DNA of 64,000 bases. Source: Patellaria atrata CBS 101060 (lineage: Eukaryota). The stretch is from the NCBI GenBank assembly GCA_010093705.1, contig MU006090.1:682001-746000 (forward strand), in the 5' to 3' direction. The notes below the pieces were generated by a model, which did not search any database, was not told where the DNA came from, and saw only the letters and a list, made by a program, of their open reading frames with translations. Of the stretch, positions 12,031 to 25,866 are shown piece by piece; position 1 is the stretch's first letter; each line of letters opens with the position of its first letter. A program made the translations under genes and the position numbers.

Positions 12031-12890
12031 AGTACCGGTAACCCTACATTCTCAGAATGAAGGCGAAAAAAAGAATTTGGGCAGATGGAGCATCAAGAAC
12101 AAATGTCACACCTTTAGGACTGATGCGAACTACCTACCAACCGCGCCATCAAAAGCACGAAAATCCAAATATCGTGCCCCTAGCAATTTGAGGGAGAACT
12201 ACCGGCGTTGCCGATATACTTGCAGGGAGCGCGGGGGTAGTTGGTGATAACGACGCCGAATCCAGGGATTTGAATCCTTTTTTTGGGTCAATATGCAGCC
12301 TTTCACATCAATTTCATGATTCTCTTCCAACGCGGGAACACCAACACCACCAGTCTGGCACGTCTGGCTACTCTGGCACCAGTGACAATCCTCCAAGTTG
12401 CCCCATGCCTGGCCGTCTGGCCGCCTGGCCCCAGAATCCCAGATACGCTCTCCCCCCTTGGATGCTGTAACCAGGTCTGACCGGGTGCATACTCCAGCTG
12501 TTTCTTATGCTAAGAACTAATACATAAGCTCGAAGTGAGCTTAGAGTGGTCCCGTCGGACCCACCAGCATTGAGGACAGCAGTCAACGAATTAGATGGTT
12601 GGGAATACCATCTGAAATGTGAGATTTTGATATTATAATATTTTGAGGAAATGCGTTTGGTTTATCATCCGTTTATCAGTGGTCTATTCTCGCAATCCTC
12701 GCCGATCATCCTGGCTTGGCTACGGACTTTCTGCAAGCCACAGAAACAGAAGGCCGTTACGCTATCCGTTTCCAGTTTAACGGTTTCAGATGCTTCTGTG
12801 GAGCGGCACACGCTATCTCCATGTCTTTCTTTGAAAGTTGATTCAACTTCCCTTTCCATTGATTGTCGCATTGGCAATCCAGAAGACACC

Positions 12891-14933
12891 ATGGCGGAAC
12901 GAAACAACTACCAGAGGAGTAAATTGGACTCCTCGGTGGATACGGTAGATGTCGAAGTCAGTAGTGGTTCGAGGAGCAAGACAAGCGATGAGCAAACTCT
13001 TGCTCACTTCGGAAAGAGGCAGAGATTTCGAGTAAATGCGCCGTTGTGAAGTATACTTTGATAAAAGCTGATATATCAACAGAGGAACTTCAACTTTCTG
13101 TCTGTTGTTGGTTTGACCAGCACTCTTAGTATGTTAAGATTCAGAACTTTTCATGCTTTAGTTTTTGATACTGATATTTTTAAGTGCTGTCATGGGAGGG
13201 AGCATTAGCGTTCGTACTCGCGTGTTTTCTTGTTAAAGTCTTTCTGATTCTAACACTTCTCGTTCAAGCGGTTTTCAAGCTGTCCTATTCAATGGCGGTC
13301 CAACTGGAATCATTACCACTTTCCCAATTGTCTTCGCAGGAGTTTTCATGCAAACCTTAGTAATGGCAGAGATGTCTTCGATGTAAGAGAAAGGAAATCT
13401 TGGCATTATCCCCCTTCATGCGCCTGACAATATCGCAGGATTCCCCTATCAGGAGGCCAATACAACTGGGTTGCTATCCTCTCTCCTCCTAGGTTTTCGA
13501 ACTTTCTATCCTACGTCACGGGTTGGATAATCACGATCGCCTGGCAAGCTGCGGTTGCAGCACTCTCATGGTTGGCATCCAATATGATCGTGTCTCTCGC
13601 GAGTTTTAACTATCCGGACTACGGCGTGCAGCACTGGCATGCTACGCTTATCTTCTATGCTATTATAGTCCTCGGAATCTTGGTGAATACATACCTCGGC
13701 CGTATTTTCCCCACGTTAGAGTCATTTGCGTTCCTTATTCATTGCATTGGATTCTTCGTCATCCTGGTCGTAATGGTCTATCTTGCCCCAAAGACCCCCA
13801 GTAAGGAGGTTTTCGATAATTATATCAACGGCGGTGGGTTTTCCACTACCGCTCAATCAGTCTTTGTCGGCTCTATACCGGTTGCGTTCGGGTTTAACGG
13901 TATTTACTATTACCCCTTTATCCAGAACGTACTTTAAGAGTGCTGACAATTTGCAGGTATTGATGCCGCTGCTCATATTGGTAAGTATATCGAATCCCAC
14001 CAGTTTATGTTCCACTGGTGGTTAACTCCTTTACATAGCCGAGGAAATCGAGAATGCTACCCGAGTGATTCCGAAAGCCATGATCGCCTCCATCGTACTC
14101 TACTTTCTCATGGGCTACACAGTCTGCATCCTAGTTGTGTTCTGCTCAAGAGTTGAAGACGTTCTGACCGACAGCTTCTCCTTCCCCATCATCACCATCT
14201 TCGGCAACATCACCGACTCCAAAAGCGGAACATCAGCCTTGGTACTTCCCCTTCCCCTTCCCTTTCCCCTCATCCCCAATTTTCCCTTGCTCTACTAACT
14301 CTACCCACTAACACCGCTAACCCTCCCAAACAGGTCTCCCTCATCATCCTCGTCCTCATCTGCGGCGTCTGCGGCCTCCTCGCCACCGCCTCCCGCATGC
14401 TCTGGGCCTTCGCCCGCGAAGACGGCGTCCCCTTCTCATCCTACATCTCGCGCATCGAGCCCCGCACTCAACTCCCCATCTTCAGCATCGGCGTCACATC
14501 CGCCCTCTCGCTCCTCCTCGCGCTCATTGGCCTCGGTTCCGAAGCCGCATTCAACGCCCTCTCCGGCCTCACCGTCGCGGGTTTCTACTCCGCCTTCATT
14601 GTCTCCGCGAGCACCATGCTCTGGCGGAGATGTACCACCCCGACCGCGAACATCCCCTGGGGCCCGTTCAGGCTGGGCAAGGCCGGGGTGCCGGTGACGC
14701 TGGCCGCGTTGGCGTATTCGGTCGTAGGGTTGGTGTTTAGTTTTTGGCCGCCCGTCGCGCAGGTCGATGCCAAGAGCTTCAATTGGAGTCTGGTGGTGTA
14801 TTTAGGTGTTTTGACGGGCGCGATGGGGTGGTGGGGGGTTAGGGCTAGGAAGACGTATAAGGGTCCCAAGATGGAGATCAGCAGTCAGCAGTGGTTGGAA
14901 CTGTTCGAAAGAGGAGATTGGAGGGAAAGTTGA
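12891..14933 (+). CDS. APC-superfamily amino acid/GABA/choline permease
   Basis: Multi-exon. LAHFGKRQRF..RNFNFLS, MAEMSSMIPLSGGQYNWVA, AAHIAEEIENATRVIPKAM, SRMLWAFAREDGVPFS and WGPFRLG motifs. Confidence 0.9.
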
Positions 14934-15560
14934 TCGTCGTGTTCTGATGTTGAAGTATTGATGTGCTATGAATCAGATATAGATTAAGTGCCATTTGTTT
15001 AGCTGTGATGTGGTTGTGTGCTGCATGATATGATGTGATTTCTTCTTCACTTAAGTTGTGACCAACACAAAAATACATTCCTAGGCAATTCTACTGTATA
15101 TAGACTTCTTCGAATAAAATGGCTTCGATTGATGTTGAAGTAAGGTAGATAAACGCTCGGATGATGCGCACGTGACTCGGTCAAATAACGGACTGTAAGC
15201 TCAAGTGAACCCCTGGATTCCGATGTAGCAGAGACTCAATGTCTCATCGCACGGTAAGAAACAAAGACAAACTTTTTATCAATGCTGAGGGCATGCGGCA
15301 CTGGTCTTCTGGCCGAGATCAGGCACGGGTGTTTTGGAACGATTTCTAGTTGGAGACTGGAGATAACCTTCTGACTAAGGGGATAGTTTAGACGCGATAT
15401 AAAATCATAGTCCTATAAATAGAAAGAAAGTGGGATTTATAAAATGTTTTCCGTACGTTGTAAGAGCCTCTTGTGGGACTTTGGTATTTTTTGAGCGACA
15501 AGTACAGTAATAAGACATCGTGACATGATCATAAGCGGAAATCGAACGTATAAAGGGGTA

Positions 15561-17028
15561 TCATTTTTCTTCTCGCGACCATGGCTCCGCAAGCCAAGGA
15601 TAGTAGTTATAAAACTCCAGATTCTCATCTCCCTCCCTTCTTGGCTCCTGCACCGTAACTATCTCCACCGTTCTCACTATTCCCGCTCCTTGCACCTCGA
15701 TCGGCAAACTCGTACTGCTGATGTTGTTGCTGGACTGCTTGTTGCTTTCCTGACTGTTCACGTGTAATAGTTCTGCTCTGTCCTGGTCGGGTAGCCGAAA
15801 CCCCGGGTGCTGCGGCTGGTTGCCGGACCATATCCGAGTGCTTGGGAAGGCTAGGCGTGTGCTCGGTTGACGTCTTGAGATGTGAGTCTTGTCGACCCAG
15901 AGGGAGAATATTCGACGGAAGGAGGAGCGGCGGGTGGCAATGTCGCGGAAGAAGATGGGCATGACAGGGAGGCAGATTAGGAATAGACCGGCGGCCATTT
16001 CGGGGAAGGCGGTTAGTCCCATTAGGGCGATGTAGTAGGTGGTGTCTTGGCTTTGGAGCAGTTGCACACTGAAGTATAAACGCAGTGTTGCGAAAATGCA
16101 GGCCCTGTGGTATGAGGTTAGACAAAGGATGTACAGATATATTGGTGATACTTGCACGATCCCGATCATGAAGACGGCGGAGAAGTCCAACTTTTGCTTC
16201 AGAGACAAACGTAGACCCCATATCACTTTCTGGGGTAGTAATAGCATCATCAGGTCAGTGGTAACGTTAAAGATACCTGAGGCTAGATTAAGACGTTTGA
16301 TGTCGATACATTTTCCCGGGATAAGATCACCCTTCCATGCTTTTTGGCGCGGACTGCAGGCAAAGATCTCAAGGAACGTCAAGGAGGTAAAGAAGAGTAC
16401 ATTCGTCCAGAGGATGAAATGGGATGAAAAGAAGACAAATCCCTTTCGGCCCTTGGGATTGAATAGTCGTAGAAACTGAGTTACAAGGGCAACTTTAATC
16501 CACATGAGTCCGATTCGATAGATGATAGAACCGACATGAACATACTAATACAATGTTAATATTTGACAAAGGTCTTCTGAGTCGAAATATTAACTTACAA
16601 GCATAAATCTGCTAAGATTCTTCAACTGTATGTCCCATTGGTGTACGATAGGCGCATACTGAATTGCCATACATGTCGGCACATAGAATGCTAAATAGAA
16701 TCCCTAGTATCCATCAGATGCTGCAAAGACAGAGGTATACTGTTCTACGTACCCAACTAATTAAGAGGAAATCTATTTTCAAATATTAGCTTTGAAAAAT
16801 TCATGTGATTGCCAATGTCTCACAGTCTTCGATATTGATCTCTCGTAAAAGGCGAACCTTCACATATGCGCGGATAGTAGTTGCAATGGAGGGAATGACC
16901 AAGCATAGAATGACCACAACAAGACTTAGGGTTCTTTTGTTTTCGGGATCAGAGAAGTTGGGAACTGCATGATTGGGAGGTTGTAGAGCAGGTCCATCTA
17001 ACTGGGACTGTGTTTGGGCAGAAAGCAT
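15561..17028 (-). CDS. PTH11-like (fungal rhodopsin-domain) integral membrane protein
   Basis: DGPALQPP..VPNFSDPEN, RAYVK..INIED, HQWDI, IKVALVTQFLRLF, FACSPRQKAW, DLMMLLLP..VIWGL and EMAAGLFLICLP; several GT-AG introns. Confidence 0.85.
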
Positions 17029-17759
17029 GACTGCAAGGGTAATAGGATATCATAACATCGAGAAGATGGGGGCATCGCATGTATGTCTATGAGATCGCAT
17101 GCATCGAAATCGAACACAACATCTTGAAGAAATACCGACAGACGAGGGTAGAGGATAGAAATAGGATATATGAGGTGTTTGAACCAGCTCTGAAAGGGTC
17201 GGAGAGATAACGGTCAAGCGCGGTCGGAGTGTTTAGATGTATTTGTGTAATATTCATACTTGCGCCATGAACACCTTCAATCTAGGGGTGTGCGTTCACT
17301 GCATTGAGTCTCTGCTCACGGACGCCATAGGAGCGTAACCCCAGATCGATGCTAGTCCTTAATGTGGACTGTGTGGGTGAGATCGTTGAGCTGGCGTTTC
17401 AAACTCATCGTTTGATACTAATTACCTTTTGGAAGTCCGAATGCGGATCATATAGAAGTGCAGCTCAGGGCCATGATATCTAACAAGAGAAGTCTCGTAC
17501 GGAGTACTGTACAGTGGTGGCCTAACATTGAAAGAGGACTGTTCCTCTACTGAATTTTACTGTTGCAAGTCAACTATGAATCTTTCTTCTTGATCCAAAC
17601 TGGGCTGTCACAATTTGTGAGTTCCTTGTAATTGTGGGATGGATCTTCATCCATGCTAGTCTAAAGATAGGTTGATAAGGTACGGCAGGATTATGACCTG
17701 AGGAGTCGCTCTGGTTGGAGAGTTGCAGGACAAAAAGAGGGTTTCCGCGTGGCAAGCTT

Positions 17760-18400
17760 GTGAGGTTGTGACCACCAACTTAGCCAAGGGGTTACAGCGC
17801 TTTGCTTGGTATTTCGCTTGATGTTTTGCTTGCTTCGACCACCGAAAAACGTTGATGGGGGCGGCTTGGCCCATGTTTTGGGCCACAAGGGCCCAAACTC
17901 CGCAAGAAACCAACAACCACCTTGCCATATCTCCCAAATCTTAACTTCTGTCGGATATTTCTCCTTGCTTTTGACACATACACTTCCACATTCGAGTTTT
18001 CTGATGCTAATTATGCTTTTGTAGTCTGCATCTCTGGTGTCTTGATGGAAGAGATAGATTATCCCCAACTCTACTGAGTCTACTCCTACGATCTCATCTA
18101 CACGTGCTACCCCATACATCGTATATCGTAACGGAGTCGCTTTATGTGTGCTAGGATGAGTAGTCTTATTTCCTGTTTCTTTATATCTTGCAGAGCCGTA
18201 CAGGGAACTGCTCCTACTTCTCCTCACAGTATCCACTGATCGGAGTTTCACTACTTATATACATTCCCGCTACCTCGCTTATATCTTGCTAATGATACAG
18301 AATCCTAGAGTATTGCAGTTAAACGTTATAATCTCTATCGCTATACTACTAGTTTATCACTTGCTAGTGTTTTCAGAGTGTGATTAATGCGGTTCCTTCA
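17760..18400 (-). mobile_element. Possible heavily mutated DNA-transposon relic
   Basis: TpA-rich stretch. The minus strand reads SSLYGSARYKETGNKTTHP, resembling a transposase C-terminal zinc knuckle with Cys->Tyr changes. Short GCTTG sub-repeats near 17805-17835; no matching second end found. Confidence 0.2.
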
Positions 18401-19791
18401 TCATACAGACATACGTCCTTCCAGTCAGACAGTCTATCCTTTCCTTACACCCAACACGAAGTTTTAGTTTTCTTACTCACATTAGAAAACAGAATAACGA
18501 TCAGATGTGGTGTTTAAACATGTACCACCATTGGATCCAGAGCCTTTCCTTTCCCTGCATAGTCTCATCTGGGGGTGGTCAGATAAGATGATGACAACGG
18601 TTTTGACCGTGCCTCATGCAGTTACCTAAAAACAGCGGAAATGGATCAAAAACACGTGGACCTCTCCGGACTTGAGCTTTATCTAACCCGTCTCAGTCTA
18701 CCGTCATAGAATCCGAACTGTTTCACAAGATAACCTACCAGTTTTGTACGTGAATGCGGCCTCAACAAGACCCATACCTTTTCTAATATTTCGGTTCAAG
18801 TCGTATCCGAAAGACTCCTACTCGTACATACGTATTTGACGATCGTAGCCTAATCGGTACTATCCGTTCCGGGGGATCTTCTTATTGCTTTGTCTTAAAG
18901 GTTTGCTCGAATATGAACTTACCTTCCTAGCTGCGCGGGGATAAAAGTCGAGGGTTTCCCTATATGGACAGCCCTCCCGACTACGTTATTTGTATGCGAG
19001 CACTATCGATTCGAAGAGCAACGACCAAGTACCGCGAGGTCACGCACGCGAATGGAACCGAAAGGACATGCCTTATTTATCTCTTAACTGAGAGATATCA
19101 TTGAACGAAGTGAAGTCTTCTATCTCAAGCTGTACGATATATGTCTTAGGGCCCGGAAAATTGTTACATCTCCATGGGTTCGCATCGTTGCAGGATAACA
19201 TATTAGGCCCGTCAGTTGCTGTCCCGGACTCTTCGCTTGTGAGGAACTAGTAAGCCAGTCTGAATTTAAGCGTTAATTGAAGTCATGATTAAAAATCTGC
19301 GAACATTTCGCCTAACCCTTAAGCGACCTGTTGGAAGCATTATTTGGACAAGAAACTATGACTAACCTTCCATCAGTGTCGATGCACCAGCACCGCAGGA
19401 GAAGGATACTTCAGGACATGATCTCCAGGTGTTCGAATTTGCAAGTTATCCCTTTATTTCCGCGGAAGAATAACCCCAAAAATATTCTGAGCGTGGGGCA
19501 AGCCTAATTCTCAAATTCACGCGGACATTTAAAGTAAAAGGCAAGAGATCAATTGCAGAGCTTATTGGAAGAATCAATGAGAATTTCTATCACATCTAAA
19601 ACGCAAGCATGTGGAGAAGAATAAAGCACTTCACTCATGGTTTATTGTACTATTGTTGAAAACGCACAAAGACCCACAGTAAAGAAAACACACTCTAATC
19701 GACCATCCCCAGAGAAGCGAAAATCATCGCCCGAGCAACCCACACAACACATCAAAACCCCGTCCATAGGAAGCCATTCTCCCGTTACCAA

Positions 19792-20580
19792 TCATGCAAT
19801 CCAACGACGGAGCCTCATGAACACAACATTCCAGATAGCTGGGCCCGGGATCTGGTAATCTGGGTGCAACGAATTGTGGATATCAAGAGCAAGGCCAGGT
19901 TCTGTACCCTTGTAGAATGTCGTCGCGAGAACACCGCCAGTGATAGACTTGGTACCCGTTCCGGTAACCTTGAGGTTGAGGCATTGAGGATAGAATTCAG
20001 CACCGAGACCACCAGGAAAAGCGAGATGCAGGGCGATAATTTCATGGCGGAGGACGTATTCTCCGGCCTTGAGTTGAGGCGGGATCTTGATGTTCCAGGA
20101 GAAGTTGTCAGCGGCCAATTCATCTGCAGCCCAGGTGCCCTCTGGACCAGTAGCGTTCACCCAACCACGTTCCTGGATCTTGACCCACTTCAAGGTCGTC
20201 TTGTCGACAGTAGAGCAAGGTCCGTTGCAGGCGGCAATGTAATCAATGACGGGACCCTTATGCGAAGGAGGCCACTCGTTCCACTTGACGCGAAGCTGGT
20301 GTCCTGACATGATGGTGATACTGGATTTAGCTGGAGCACCGTCTTTCGCACAGATGATATTGGGCTTGTCGGCTTGATCAGGATACAATGGGTTGTTTCC
20401 TAAGTTTGTGGTGGACCAAGCAGGAATGTCTGTTGGGACTGGGAGGCCATTCGCCCAGATCTCAGGATCCCACCCAGTGTAGGAGACACCGTCCGCAGTG
20501 ATGTTGGTGATGCGAGCATGGCCGAGGACCAGAGGCGTAAGAGAAGAAAGAATAAAGATTGAAGCGGTGGTTGCATACAT
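19792..20580 (-). CDS. AA9 (GH61) lytic polysaccharide monooxygenase
   Basis: Signal peptide followed directly by His1 (LVLG/HARI), SHKGPVIDY, WVKIQERG, YVLRHEIIALH and AEFYPQCLNL; intronless 262 aa. Confidence 0.95.
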   Translation of the reverse strand: MYATTASIFILSSLTPLVLGHARITNITADGVSYTGWDPEIWANGLPVPTDIPAWSTTNLGNNPLYPDQADKPNIICAKDGAPAKSSITIMSGHQLRVKWNEWPPSHKGPVIDYIAACNGPCSTVDKTTLKWVKIQERGWVNATGPEGTWAADELAADNFSWNIKIPPQLKAGEYVLRHEIIALHLAFPGGLGAEFYPQCLNLKVTGTGTKSITGGVLATTFYKGTEPGLALDIHNSLHPDYQIPGPAIWNVVFMRLRRWIA

Positions 20581-23500
20581 CTTGAAGAAGAGACTCTGAA
20601 GATGAGTCTGAGGCTGTTTGAATTGAAGACTGTGCTGGAAGCTGAGGAGTGAAGAACAATTTGGAGTGGATATGCGACAGCTTTATATACACTACATTCC
20701 CCAGCGGACGGGACATATTTCTTGAGATTGACATTGAAAATATCATCAATTTATCACGATGCTAAGAAAATGCGGTTGATGGACTTGGAAAAAGCAAAAC
20801 TTGTAGTGGAGCGGCTTAGGTCAGACGCACGGTTAACGCGCACAGGTAGGAGAACCTCCCAGCAAAACTTATTCGCTGAATCTGCCTTGAGATCTATAAT
20901 AATAGCCGGTAAGATGGCGCTAAATATCCAATGAAAGACGCTAAATAACTGATTAGGTTCTACAAATGCGGGTTTAGATCTTGTATGTCGGTAGCGAACT
21001 GCACCTGTCTTTCAGCCACCAGTCCTTATACATCAGTCTGCCTTGAGACATTAACTTAATCATCCGGCAATGTGGCGCTAGATACCCAATAAGAATCTCT
21101 AAGCCCTTCAACAAGATGCTGCTTGTGCATACTTCAGATATTGTTCAAGGGATATATGATCCTTTTCGCAGCCACTATAGACCATAACCTCAAGATTCCA
21201 GACTTGATATCCGCACTGACTTCGAGATAGCCATTCATATGTAGCACCCAGGAGTCTTCCTAGAGTCATGAAGTAAACAGCAGACTAGTGCGTGTGACTA
21301 CCTCGTATTCTGCTGTACATTTCTACAACACTGTCCAGGAAACTGTCCCGACTATGGCCGAAGTCATCCTCAAGAGCGGTAAGAATAGTACCCCTGCATG
21401 ACTATCTCACCACGACGTGCAAGAGCCAGACATGGAAACACTGTCAATACCAATCATTTCCTCTCATCCAAACAATTCTAGAAGCTTACCATATCTGGAA
21501 GATTGGGGCGTCAAACTTCACGAGGATTTGAATAGACTCCATACTTCTGTCATGGGTGGATTACGGATTTCTCCTGATCTCGGCCGATGGAAGAAGGCGG
21601 AATTTTCATTTTGAGCGTGGCAATCCAACATACCAAGATCTGACATATCTCTTTCCGACCGATTGCTCAGCATAGACCGAAGTCATGAACGCTATTATCT
21701 GATACCAGGCTCCAGAGTGCATCTAATTACACGTATGGTTTGTGCCGAGTCACTCACCACTTCCTCGAACTATGAATATAGTCTACGGAAAGCGGCACTA
21801 AGTAAGTCTGCCTACACCTTGTGCGGATAAATAGCGTTGCCTTTATCAGTAGAGTAGTATTAGATACGGTTCTCTATTGTTAGCAAGATCCCCCAACTTG
21901 CAGTAAGTAGTAATGAGAAACTTTTCTTCTTACCGCTATATTCTTACCGCTATATTTACTCCGTCTTATCACTCATGTAAGACTTTTGAACGGATCTTGC
22001 CATGTTTATCGTTGATTACTAGGTATTAACCTTTCAATATACTGTGCGAGGCAGAAAATGTTTGTCTCCTGATGATTCTGCATGATATGTAATGGAGATC
22101 TACAACCACAGGTACGGTCTGGAACCAGATCAACAAAGGGTTCACATAGGTGAATCCTCCCGTCACAGGGACACTATTCATGGTGGAAGAGTAGCGGTTC
22201 TCGTTGAACAATTGAAAATTCAGCATGATCCTTCAAGGACTGTAAACGGAAGAAAGACGCGAGATATAGCTTACGGCGCGTGGTAAGTTCCTGTGCAATG
22301 AAATTGTGCAACCAGCGGACCATTTACCAGTTACGACCAATGTCTTGAGTTATTGATTTCGAGTGTGTGTCAAAGGTTCCAGCTTCCAACAAATCATTGA
22401 AGGTTGAAGTTTCTTCAGTCATTCCAGAATCATTTCTACTCGAAGATACTGTTGATAATTGAGTAGTTCTCAGCGACTATGGGTTTATTTTGTCACAAGT
22501 ATGATCTAGTTAAGTTTGGAATATCCTTGTTTTTCGATTCTTCGTTGATCTCTCTTAGGAGGCGAAAGACAGGCTGTTCCGCGGAAGTTACAAGTCATTA
22601 GCTAAGGATCACATAACATATACTATAGACGTCCAGCCAGACTCTATCGTCATGAAAGGGTCATTTTCTCTATCAAAGGTGTTACCATTCTCGAGACGGG
22701 ACATTGAATCTCGTGCCGCCGAACGCCTACCTTCCTCAACGGGAGCGAATGAGGTGAACAAAGATTCCGATTATAGTGCACACACCTCAAGAGATACTTT
22801 ATGATAGAACATGTTTCGGTATTCGGGCCGGCGTTGCTCACCACATCAGCCGTGGGCGCCTGTTTGTGCTCACACAGTTGGCGGAGAAGATTCAATGATC
22901 ATGCTGGAGACCTTCGGCCCTCTAGAGTCTGAAACTGGGCACTGGTGCGTATATTCCCTTTTCATGGTCTGGTATTGATTCACTGTTTGCAATAGGCCGC
23001 TTTTCAAACTTACGATCTCGTAGTTCTTTTCGTCAAACACCCTTCACTGTAAGCAGTACTTCATAAGGTGCAACATAATACTTCAACTTATGTCTCAGTC
23101 GTCAGCCGTCGAAGTCTTACAACATTATTCTCGTCTCCCATTACATTTCAATATCAGAGAAGGCAATTAGGTTTTATAGTTCCCTAAAAGGGGCGTCAAA
23201 AAATGAGATGGATATTTCCCTCGGAGATGTACAACATCCTAGCCAGTTATTACATCAATCACCCCCGGTAAAGAATGATTATACAGTACAATGATAAAAG
23301 CCTAGATAACGATCGAAACAGAGCAGAAAGTGGAGGCACTCATGCAGTAGTGTCAGGAAGGATAACATGAACAGAACCGTATCTTCATATGCACCGCTTG
23401 CGCTTCTTATACAATGGAGAGTGCAAGAGTACTTTCCTTCAGGCTTCCTACCTTTCTATTTCTTTTCCCTTGTCCACGTAATTCGTACTGCCAAATAATT

Positions 23501-24204
23501 TAGGAGTGCCACGGCAAGAGAAAAGATAGGGAAGTTTCTTCCTTCAAAAAATTCCAAATTTGAAACGAGAACATATCACTAATTACTTCACACAGCACTT
23601 ATATAATACCTGATTGTATCAGTACTTCTGCCCTGTGGACGAGTGTATGTCACATTAGGCCCACCATTGATCTCATTGGCCAATGCTGCTTGTGCACTCA
23701 TAACCGAGTATTTGCCGGACTTTTCAATTTAAACTTCGCGTTTCAAGCTCTTTACACTTCGAATATTCACAATTGCACACTGGTACACCTTCGAAATCTC
23801 TCCACATCCTTACTCCTAGATAAAGACATTCAATATCTCCTCTGGGATTTCTCTATCCATGCCCTTGAGACGAGTCTTTTATACAACTGTTTTCTCTACA
23901 TATTGCACCGCATTTGACGCGTACACCCAACGGTACTGGTGACGGACTGACGGTGGACTCCCGTCATCGTATGAGGCCACGTTCATTCTAATATATCTAA
24001 CTGTTAGTATATACGTGGATTTTATTAGTGAACCTGAGTTCATGTTGTCCCGGTCTTGCACACGTCACGAAATTGGTTTTGGGAGCGGAATGCGGATAAC
24101 GAATTCCGTCTACATCACGATATTTACTCAATCTCTGGATCCAACTGGAAGGGAGATGTTATCCTACGACCAGCACACAAAATGGTTCTATTTACAAGAC
24201 GTGT

Positions 24205-24917
24205 TCACCTATGTAACCACCCGTCCCCGTTTGGGATATATCCTCTTCCCTCCATACTGAGGATAAGGTCTTTCGAGCTTTGGAAACAATCAATCACCTT
24301 CTTGGCCTGCTGATGAGCTTCAAGTGCGGTTCTAGTCGCATAGCGCTCGAAGATCCTCACATCATGATCGTTATCTAAGCTTTTCAAGACTAGAAAAGTG
24401 TAGGTATCTTTTTCATTTTCCTTGGTCCAGTCTGCAAGTTTTACTAGTTTCGCTAGTACCTCCTCACATTTCTCGGGTTTGATCTTCAGTCTAGTATCGT
24501 AGAAGATTTCGCACTCTCTCATGTCGTTATACTTGTCAAGGTACCCTCCCACATCTTCGTAATGCATCAAGTCTAACCCAGTCATCAATGTGTGTGGCAT
24601 CTTTTTGAGGAATGTGCCCATAGCGCTAGAGTTGAAATGCGTAACATAGAGATCATCACGCTTTCCGTACATCTCGAACGCGAGCATACATGTCGATCTT
24701 GAATGGTTTTTGCCATATTCTTCGGGGGTTCCGAAGTAGTATGTCAGCGTGGTAGCTTTCTCGTTCTCTCGCACGTAGCCTTCGAGATCGTGGTAGAGTG
24801 CTACCCACTAATCACCAGATTAGTCAACTATAATCTACACGGTCTTTCTAGAGGGAATCTTACCTCATCATACCCATTGGGAGGGGCGAATTGGAGGTTT
24901 CCATAGATAATGAACAT
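24205..24917 (-). CDS. Dimeric alpha+beta barrel (ABM-like) protein with two tandem domains
   Basis: Exon 24917-24864 (MFIIYGNLQFAPPNGYDE), intron 24863-24808, exon 24807-24205. Two repeats: ENE..TLTYY...FEMY...THFNS and ENE..TYTF...FERY...AHQQA. Confidence 0.75.
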
Positions 24918-25866
24918 ATTTTCTGGGTTTGTACTCGAGTGTGCCGTCGTAAAATACTTGGGAACCTTCCATCTTATGTACGTAACCCATCTCCTGCTCA
25001 AGAAGCCTGCAAAACTTCAGCCAAATAACAACCGCGAGATAAGGGAACGTCTTGAAGTCATCAGTCACGACACCTAACGACAAGGCACTACACATGCACT
25101 CCATGTTTTAATCTCGGGAACTAGTACCCGCAGCTTAGGTCTCCTCATTTAGGCCATGAATGAGGAATAGGTTTTGGGAAAACATGTGCCTGTCTTTAGA
25201 CACATTGTGTGTCATTCAACATCTACTGACTTTCCCTTATTGCCTTGTGAGGCATGTATTCCAATACCCTATACTGACTTGGTAAGGCATTTAATGTTCC
25301 CAATACTATCACTCGTCCCTACTGTTGGGTTCGATCAAACTCAGAGGTAAGTGGCGTGAATCTGTTGCTTCATGTTGGAGAAACGTATTATGTATATTAT
25401 CCACTTCAACAGTCTAGGTATTATGCTAATCAAAAGTAACAGGGACAGTTCCATTCGGATGAAATTTTATCGTAACTAACATGTTAATCGGCCGTCGAAA
25501 TATTATATCTTGCGATGCGCAGAACGAGTTCGAAATAGTGGGGCGTGCAGCTCGTTCACAACTGGTTTAACTGGCGATTTTCGCGAAAAACCAGGTGTGT
25601 CTTCATGCAAAAACTCGAAACCAGTGATCTGAAATGGATGCTTATGTTCCAAAGGGTTGGCGCCGCTATGATTTTGCGCCTCTTTACCACCCCGCTAGAC
25701 GAGACGACGTTTTCTCTCTTCGTAGACGGGGTTGCTTTAGGCAAAATCTTCTTCTTGTTACTAGAGCATTTTCGTATCGATGGTACCTAAGCCACCTCTT
25801 ACACCTTTCATACGATAAGCTATAGCAGTAAGAATTTGTCCACGAAGACGTTAATAATCCAGCACG

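Noticed and set aside
21927..21955. Direct duplication TTCTTACCGCTATA x2
   Set aside because: Simple slippage duplication with no supporting context.
24918..25104. Upstream ORF segment VFYDGTLEYKPRK resembling an ABM beta-strand
   Set aside because: Cannot be spliced in with canonical sites; ATG 24917 explains the gene fully.
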